Shown piece by piece: positions 58,083 to 64,000 of a stretch of DNA of 64,000 nucleotides. Below the pieces are notes generated by a model. That model did no database searches, was not told where the DNA came from, and saw nothing but the letters and a program-made list of their open reading frames with translations. The translations under genes and the position numbers were made by a program. Each line of letters starts with the position of its first letter. Within the stretch, counting starts at the first letter, position 1. The stretch is from Planctomycetaceae bacterium UBA7805 (GTDB taxonomy: Bacteria > Planctomycetota > Planctomycetia > Pirellulales > UBA7805). The DNA lies in NCBI GenBank assembly GCA_002480485.1, contig DLCF01000131.1, positions 10,380 through 74,379 of the forward strand, read 5' to 3'.

Positions 58083-59423
58083 TTACTGGCTGGCTTGCTT
58101 TAGACGTTGTCTAGCATTGCGACCTTTACGCTGTTTTCGTCTATTTTTCGGCTTTCCGTTGGCGGTGCTAGCTGGTGCAAAAGAGCGCGTCGAGGAACGA
58201 CGAGAGGACGGTCGTTTCGATGTCGATCGGGACGTCGTGCTCCCCTTCGTGCGTGGCATCGAGGGGCGATGAAGCTGCTCGGAGGCGCCGTTTGAATGCT
58301 CGAAGACCAAGCGGACTTTATTTCCGAGTAATTTTTGAATTTCTCTTAATTCTCTTCGCTCACCATCCGTGCAAAACGAAATGGCAATGCCGCTTGCCCC
58401 GGCCCGACCGGTGCGTCCAATGCGATGCACATAGCTTTCCGGATCAACCGGAAGATCAAAGTTGACAACATGAGTGATGCCGTCGATGTCAATTCCTCTC
58501 GCTGCGACATCCGTAGCCACCAAGACTTGAACTTGGTATTTCCGAAACGCTTCGAGTGCACGTTGCCTGGCATTTTGCGATTTATTGCCGTGAATCGCCA
58601 TAGTTCTGACTCCGCTTTGATCCAATTTGCGGGCAACCACATCAGCCCCACGCTTTGTTCTGGTGAATACCAGCACCTGGCCAGCGTCATCGGCAGTCAC
58701 AATGCCACGCAATGATTCTTGCTTTTGGTTGCGCTGTAGCAAAAGTACCTTTTGCTCGATTTTGTCGACGCTCACGGAATTCGACTGAATCTGTACATTG
58801 ACTGGTTGTGTGAGCATTCGCTTTGAGAGGTCGACAATACTAGGTGGCATCGTTGCCGAAAAAAAGAGTGTTTGACGATCGTCGGGTAGTTGATTCAGGA
58901 TTCGTTTTACATCGGGCAAGAAACCCATATCTAGCATTCGATCGGCTTCGTCGAGAACAATCATCTCAACCTGTGCCAGATCGATACAGCCTTGATTCAT
59001 TAAGTCCAGTAATCTTCCTGGTGTGGCAATAAGAATGTGTGCCCCGCGGTTCATCGCTCGGACCTGATTGCCTTGTCCGACTCCACCATAGACGAGCGCT
59101 CTTCGCAGCTTAAGGTGTTTGCCATAGGTGGAAAAACTATGTGAAATTTGAATTGCCAATTCGCGTGTGGGCGCTAAGACAAGTACAAATGGGCATTGAG
59201 ATACGGCTTTTCGATTTCGTTGACCAAGATGATTAAGAACAGGCAATGCAAATGCCGCAGTTTTCCCAGTTCCAGTTTGGGCACACCCCAGCACGTCGCG
59301 ACCAGAGACGGCGACCGGTATCGTCTGTTCTTGAATCGGTGTCGGGGCTTTGTATTTTTCGTCCCTCAGTGCCCGCTGTAACGGTGCGATCAGATCCATT
59401 TCTTCAAACTTTTTCAACTGCAT
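58083..59423 (-). CDS. DEAD-box RNA helicase (RhlE-like)
   Basis: Q motif, AQTGTGKT, PTRELA, TPGRL, DEAD, SAT, ARGID and HRIGRTGR; basic C-terminal tail. Confidence 0.96.
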   Translation of the reverse strand: MQLKKFEEMDLIAPLQRALRDEKYKAPTPIQEQTIPVAVSGRDVLGCAQTGTGKTAAFALPVLNHLGQRNRKAVSQCPFVLVLAPTRELAIQISHSFSTYGKHLKLRRALVYGGVGQGNQVRAMNRGAHILIATPGRLLDLMNQGCIDLAQVEMIVLDEADRMLDMGFLPDVKRILNQLPDDRQTLFFSATMPPSIVDLSKRMLTQPVNVQIQSNSVSVDKIEQKVLLLQRNQKQESLRGIVTADDAGQVLVFTRTKRGADVVARKLDQSGVRTMAIHGNKSQNARQRALEAFRKYQVQVLVATDVAARGIDIDGITHVVNFDLPVDPESYVHRIGRTGRAGASGIAISFCTDGERRELREIQKLLGNKVRLVFEHSNGASEQLHRPSMPRTKGSTTSRSTSKRPSSRRSSTRSFAPASTANGKPKNRRKQRKGRNARQRLKQASQ

Positions 59424-60011
59424 CTCCTCAGTAGATGTATTTAATACTTAGGGGTGTCACTCGAATTTTAAAATTTTTTGACAAAGTCATTTCGATACAG
59501 TGATGAGACATCGCACTCTGATTGTAGCGAGCGACCCCTCATCACCAAAAACATGCTCCCATAGAAGTGCTGCACGGTAGCGCGCAAAATCCCGATAAAC
59601 CATCACCGACATTTTCCGAACACAACGGTAGAGCCACGACCAAGGCTCGGCGCGTGTGATTCCCGTAAAATGCCAATTTACGAGGAACTCTGGACAAGCA
59701 AGAAATTCACAGAATTCAGTGCGTTTTTTAAAACGCCTGCAGCTTTCCAGAGCGGTTGATAAAACCGAATAGTTGGCAGCAAAGTGCATGCAGGGTTTGT
59801 TCAAACACCAGCACGACAAGAAAAACGCTTATTGCTCTTCGCGAAAGCGTTTCTCGCTTACCTCTTGCCACAAAGACTGAAAATACCTTCGTTGCTTTAT
59901 CACCGTATGCGATTAATTCAGGCTTGTCAAGATAACGGGAATGATAGAGTGCGATGGTCACGCGAGAGAGAAAGGGAAAAAATTTGGTGTCTGTTCGCGT
60001 TTCGCATTGGA

Positions 60012-61352
60012 TTAATCGCTCGATTTCTGTGACAGATCGACGCAGACCAGCTCTTTATCATTGCGAACAAACATACACCGCTCCGCAAACGCAGGATGGT
60101 TCCAGACCACTTCGCGGCCGAAGCATTCCCCTGTTGGTTCCAGGACGTGGAATCGGCCCAACTCATCATAACCACTCGGAGTCAAGCGCGCGAGAATTAA
60201 ATCGCCTGTCTCGCTGAAGAGAAAAAAGCGATCCTTGTGCTTGACCAAAAATGCTGTCGCCTGCCTTTCGCGGCGCTCGGTTCCTGAGGTAGGACGATTG
60301 GTTGACCAGAGTCGCTTGCCATCCGCAAGCTGCGCTCCGATAAGAGCGCCCGACTGGCAATCGACACCATAGATCATTTCACCCTCTACAAACGGAGTTG
60401 CATTGACCGAGTATAGTGCATTCTTGGCTTTGCCACGCCAGAGCACTTTCGCCGTCTCCTCTTCTGGATCAAGCTCGAGTAATACGCCCACTTGGCCAAT
60501 GCCACTGGCAAAGAGTTTGTTGTCGACTAGCCGCGGTGCAGCAATCGACATATCGTAATCCGGCTCCAGTGGAACCGTCCACTTTACCCGCCCGGTAGCT
60601 GGGTCGAGTCCATTGATGGATTCCGGATGCCAGATCACAAGTTGTTTCTTTCCGCCGAGAGAAATCATCGTCGGGGGACAATATCCTTGCGAGCGCGCTG
60701 AGAGGGATCGCCAGACTTCTTTGCCAGTTTTCTTGTCGAGTGCCACGACTAAACTTCCGTCACCACCGGCCAGAGTGTAGAGCAGATTGCCGTCGATCAG
60801 CGGATGGGCCGCATAGCCCCAGATGGGGCTGGTTGTGCCATAGTCGTCTGTCAGTTCACGCTGCCAAAAGAGTTTGCCCGTTTCTGTGCTTAGGCAACTG
60901 AGTGTCCCCTCAGCGCCGAGTGCATACACACGTCCGTTTTCGATCGTGGTCGTACATCGTGGGCCACTCGGGTAGGACAAAATATAGGGACGGTCGTACG
61001 CATATTTCCACAAAAGTTTTCCATCTGTGGCATCATAGCAGAGTACCCGCTCTTCACCCTCAAGTCGCGCTCTGCCGCCCGGGTTATTGGTCACCGTGCC
61101 TGAGCGAGGCACGTAATCCATCAAAAAAACCTTGCCATCGACTACCGCCGGACCACTGTAGCCAAGTCCCACTGGTTTGCGCCATTTGATACGCAAGCCT
61201 TCTTCTGGAAATGTTTCAAGTATTCCGTCTTCGCGCCATTCACTCGCGCGTTGCGGACCCATCCATTCAGGCCAGTCATCTCCTGGTGCGACCGATTCGA
61301 AGAGGAACAAATGAAGGCAAAAATAAACAAGATTAAATAAGATAAACCGCAT
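60012..61352 (-). CDS. PQQ-like beta-propeller repeat protein
   Basis: Signal peptide, DWPEWMGP, repeated TGK..W units, WNHPA and RNDKEL. ATG 61352 has GAGGAG 8 nt upstream. Confidence 0.88.
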   Translation of the reverse strand: MRFILFNLVYFCLHLFLFESVAPGDDWPEWMGPQRASEWREDGILETFPEEGLRIKWRKPVGLGYSGPAVVDGKVFLMDYVPRSGTVTNNPGGRARLEGEERVLCYDATDGKLLWKYAYDRPYILSYPSGPRCTTTIENGRVYALGAEGTLSCLSTETGKLFWQRELTDDYGTTSPIWGYAAHPLIDGNLLYTLAGGDGSLVVALDKKTGKEVWRSLSARSQGYCPPTMISLGGKKQLVIWHPESINGLDPATGRVKWTVPLEPDYDMSIAAPRLVDNKLFASGIGQVGVLLELDPEEETAKVLWRGKAKNALYSVNATPFVEGEMIYGVDCQSGALIGAQLADGKRLWSTNRPTSGTERRERQATAFLVKHKDRFFLFSETGDLILARLTPSGYDELGRFHVLEPTGECFGREVVWNHPAFAERCMFVRNDKELVCVDLSQKSSD

Positions 61353-61381
61353 CCTCAAACCTCCTCTGCAATCATTAAATC

Positions 61382-61801
61382 TTATGGGTCGGTATTTTTT
61401 TTGACCGTGTTCGGTGTTCCGACCGTACCGGCATAAAAGACGATGATCTCCGCTGTTTCTTCGCCAACATTCATTCCGCCGTGCCAGTGATCAACCACTT
61501 CGATGATCGGGTCACCCGCCTGGAGTACCAAGTTTTTACCTTCCGCTGTTTTGACTGCAAGAGTGCCCCTCAGAAGCACCCCTGCGTTGATGACCGGATG
61601 TTTGTGGATCGGCAAAATCGCGCCCGAAGGAATCGTAATCCGCTTGATTGTAATTTCGGGTTGTCCACTGCCATATGCTGGAAGGCAGCTGCCATCCCAA
61701 CTTACCGTACTGCAGCAGAGCGTCTGGCTGGTGACAGTTTTGTCGGAGACTGCCGAGCCGATTATGAGGGCAGCTAGCGATGAAATAAAAATTGCTTTCA
61801 T
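61382..61801 (-). CDS. Secreted cupin-domain protein
   Basis: SWDG..LPAY, HKHP, E...WHGG and IIVFYAG. Confidence 0.85.
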   Translation of the reverse strand: MKAIFISSLAALIIGSAVSDKTVTSQTLCCSTVSWDGSCLPAYGSGQPEITIKRITIPSGAILPIHKHPVINAGVLLRGTLAVKTAEGKNLVLQAGDPIIEVVDHWHGGMNVGEETAEIIVFYAGTVGTPNTVKKNTDP

Positions 61802-62012
61802 GAGTCGTTACGTCTCTGAGCCATCGTAGGCGTGTTGACTTAAATATAGCGAAAGTCGTTATGGACAACGGATAAAAAGAAATAAACAAGCGACACTGCC
61901 GAGCGACCGCGTTTAACTTGCCGGCCAATTCGCGTTGCCCAGTTGTGCATTTTACGTTAGATACAGTCTCGGATCTATTGAGGTTGTTCAGCGCGCATCT
62001 TGGAACGAAGGC

Positions 62013-62840
62013 ATGGCCCGATCAAAAGCTGAAAGTGAGCTACGAGGTCCCCGACCCTACTCCCACACTGCAACCACCGAAAAGGTTCTCTCGCTATTAC
62101 GAAGACATCCACTCGGCGCTGGACGCTTTTTAGATCTGGGGGCGGGAGAGGGTTATCTGACTCAAAGGCTTTGCGAACTGCTGCGCGACCAATCGCAACA
62201 CCCCGAGGAATGCGTGACAGCTTGCGACCTTTATCCGGAGAACTTCCGATTGCCCGAAATCCAATGCAAAGTGGCCGATTTTAACGGCCACATTCCTTTT
62301 GAGGACAAGACTTTCGACTTTATTGTTTGTCAGGAGGTAATCGAACACGTTCCCAATCAGCAGCACCTGATGGAGGAAATTTTTCGCATGTTACGACCCG
62401 GTGGATCAGCTTGGATTACCACTCCTAATACTCTGAGCAGCAACGCTCGGATCCGCTCACTTTTTACCGGCACGATGCCGCTATTTGATATTCTTCCCAT
62501 CGGTGCGAGTGATGTGGCCCGCTCGACAGGGCACATCAATCCGATCTCGGTTTACTATCTTTATTATTTCGCCAAGCGGGCAGGTTTTTCCAGAGTCGAC
62601 TTTTCGATCGATCGAATTAAGCGTTCAGCCGTCTGCTTGAGTCTCCCACTTTATCCGCTTGCGCGGTTATGCAAATGGTTTCATGATGCACGTCGTCGGC
62701 CACTGCCTTACTGGGAAGAAAATCGATTCGCCGCCGATGCACTTTATGCCTGGCGGACATTTGTCGGGCGCACCATAGTCTTAGAGGTGACACGACCGAT
62801 ACAGGCCACATCAGGTGGGTCGGAAATACAGGCGGCGTGA
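62013..62840 (+). CDS. Class I SAM-dependent methyltransferase (Methyltransf_11-like)
   Basis: Motifs LDLGAGEG, FD.IVCQEVIEH, LRPGG..WITTPN and GHIN; ATG at 62013. Confidence 0.85.
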   Translation: MARSKAESELRGPRPYSHTATTEKVLSLLRRHPLGAGRFLDLGAGEGYLTQRLCELLRDQSQHPEECVTACDLYPENFRLPEIQCKVADFNGHIPFEDKTFDFIVCQEVIEHVPNQQHLMEEIFRMLRPGGSAWITTPNTLSSNARIRSLFTGTMPLFDILPIGASDVARSTGHINPISVYYLYYFAKRAGFSRVDFSIDRIKRSAVCLSLPLYPLARLCKWFHDARRRPLPYWEENRFAADALYAWRTFVGRTIVLEVTRPIQATSGGSEIQAA

Positions 62841-62853
62841 GTTCGGTTAGAAA

Positions 62854-63711
62854 CTATAAACCGTAAAGTGCGGTCCAATACCCACCTACACGTCCCACTC
62901 CCGTGCGTTTCATATCAGGGTGTAAAAGATTGACGCGATGGCCTGGGCTATCGAGCCACCCTTGAACCACCTCGGCAGGAGTCACATTCCCTGCAGCAAG
63001 ATTTTCCGCATTGGCAGTCGTGCCGAACAGGGCCGCACGATCAAACGGCGTTGCTTTACCCTCGACGGGTGACTCATGGGCAAAAAAATTGTGTGTTTGC
63101 ATATCATTGCAATGGTCACGGGCGGTCGCAACCAACAGTTTGTCGAGTTGCAGTTTTCCTAGCCCATTTTTTTTGCGAACCAGATTGGTCAGCTTCAGAA
63201 TTTCTCGCTCTTCTTTGGTAAGTCGGACAGAAATTTTTTTGCGACGTGCAGTGCCCTGGATTACCTTCTTTTCTCGGGCGAGAAAGGACTCGTTGAGCGA
63301 CGCCCCTGCCTCTCCACCCGCTACTTGTAGTCGATCACACGTGTTGGCCACTCGGAGCAATGATTCCCGGTCGGATCGTAATTCTGCATCTTTTGCGAGT
63401 AGGTCATCGAGACGCGTTTCTTTTGTTTTAATCACCACCTTACGCAAGCGCGTCCAGTAGGCATCTGCTTGCCGAGCATAGCTGCCATATACAGTAGTTC
63501 GCAATCCTAAGGAGACGCGACCGCCGGTAACAATAGCCTGCTCGATAATTTCCTGCTGGGCAGCCGAGTCTTTCTTCAGTGCCTTGTAACGCTCCGCGAG
63601 TTTGCGGATTTGTTGATTCGCTGCTTTTTTGTCCTCTGTCGAGGTAGGCGCTGCCGTCACGCGGAGGGCGAGAATCAAAAAACAGGAGAGGCAAAGAAGG
63701 AGGCGAGGCAT
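62854..63711 (-). CDS. Secreted CAP/SCP-domain protein
   Basis: Signal peptide; TN..R...GL, H..DM...FFAH, AENLA and WLDSPGHR.NLL. Confidence 0.88.
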   Translation of the reverse strand: MPRLLLCLSCFLILALRVTAAPTSTEDKKAANQQIRKLAERYKALKKDSAAQQEIIEQAIVTGGRVSLGLRTTVYGSYARQADAYWTRLRKVVIKTKETRLDDLLAKDAELRSDRESLLRVANTCDRLQVAGGEAGASLNESFLAREKKVIQGTARRKKISVRLTKEEREILKLTNLVRKKNGLGKLQLDKLLVATARDHCNDMQTHNFFAHESPVEGKATPFDRAALFGTTANAENLAAGNVTPAEVVQGWLDSPGHRVNLLHPDMKRTGVGRVGGYWTALYGL

Positions 63712-63728
63712 TATTTTAAAGAGAATAT

Positions 63729-64000
63729 TTATTGTTTGACTGGCGATCCGCTCGCGCGGACGGATTCGAGTTGGGCTTCCAGTTTACGTTGGACCTGGGC
63801 GTATGCAACTTGGCCGGCGAGATTCTGATTTTCACCCGGGTCAGCCTGTAGGTCAAACAGAGCCTTGCCGGTTAGTTTGCCACGCCCGCCATCGGACCGC
63901 ATTTCCATGTAACGATAGCGGTCGTTGCGGACCGCATCCCCTCCGCCCCAGCGAGTGAAAACCAATCCTTTGTGCATGGCGTCGGTATTCAGTAGGAGGG
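63729..64000 (-). CDS. C-terminal fragment of a sulfatase, truncated by the window
   Basis: AVRNDRYRY...LFDLQADPGENQNLA is a typical sulfatase C-terminus. Confidence 0.75.
   Translation of the reverse strand, partial: LLLNTDAMHKGLVFTRWGGGDAVRNDRYRYMEMRSDGGRGKLTGKALFDLQADPGENQNLAGQVAYAQVQRKLEAQLESVRASGSPVKQ

Noticed and set aside
59487-59961. Short minus-strand ORFs upstream of the helicase
   Set aside because: No ribosome-binding site or motif support; composition is not protein-like.

Overview
Gene-dense bacterial chromosome segment. A planctomycete origin (Pirellulales-like) is inferred from the YTV-type repeat protein, DUF1080, PQQ-repeat, sulfatase and BatA/GATase-like genes. No tRNA, rRNA, CRISPR array or mobile element was recognised. 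Two regions stand out. (1) Bases 1-13.3 kb hold the 3' part of a hybrid biosynthetic cluster: a FAAL-ACP-KS-AT-cMT-KR-ACP PKS, then a C-A(Gly)-PCP NRPS, a small membrane protein and an Sfp-type PPTase. The NRPS has no TE or R domain. It ends instead in two fused OleA/FabH-like domains, one with an intact Cys-His-Asn triad and one lacking Cys but keeping the 'EP' glutamate, like a fused LstAB pair. (2) Bases 48.9-55.2 kb hold an aminophosphonate catabolic cassette, phnA-phnY-[D-2-hydroxyacid dehydrogenase-like::PbfA fusion]-phnW; the fusion may be a one-chain racemase/ammonia-lyase (PbfF-PbfA). The rest is mostly housekeeping (folD, ppk1, serS, clpS, mtaB, family-5 UDG, pepF, fabH, pyrE, pgk, rlmKL, a DEAD-box helicase). 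It also contains an HpnI/HpnJ-like glycosyltransferase/radical-SAM pair and two apparently degenerate enzyme homologues (LysM-YkuD and LarA-like). All calls are from motif recognition by eye; no database searches were run.
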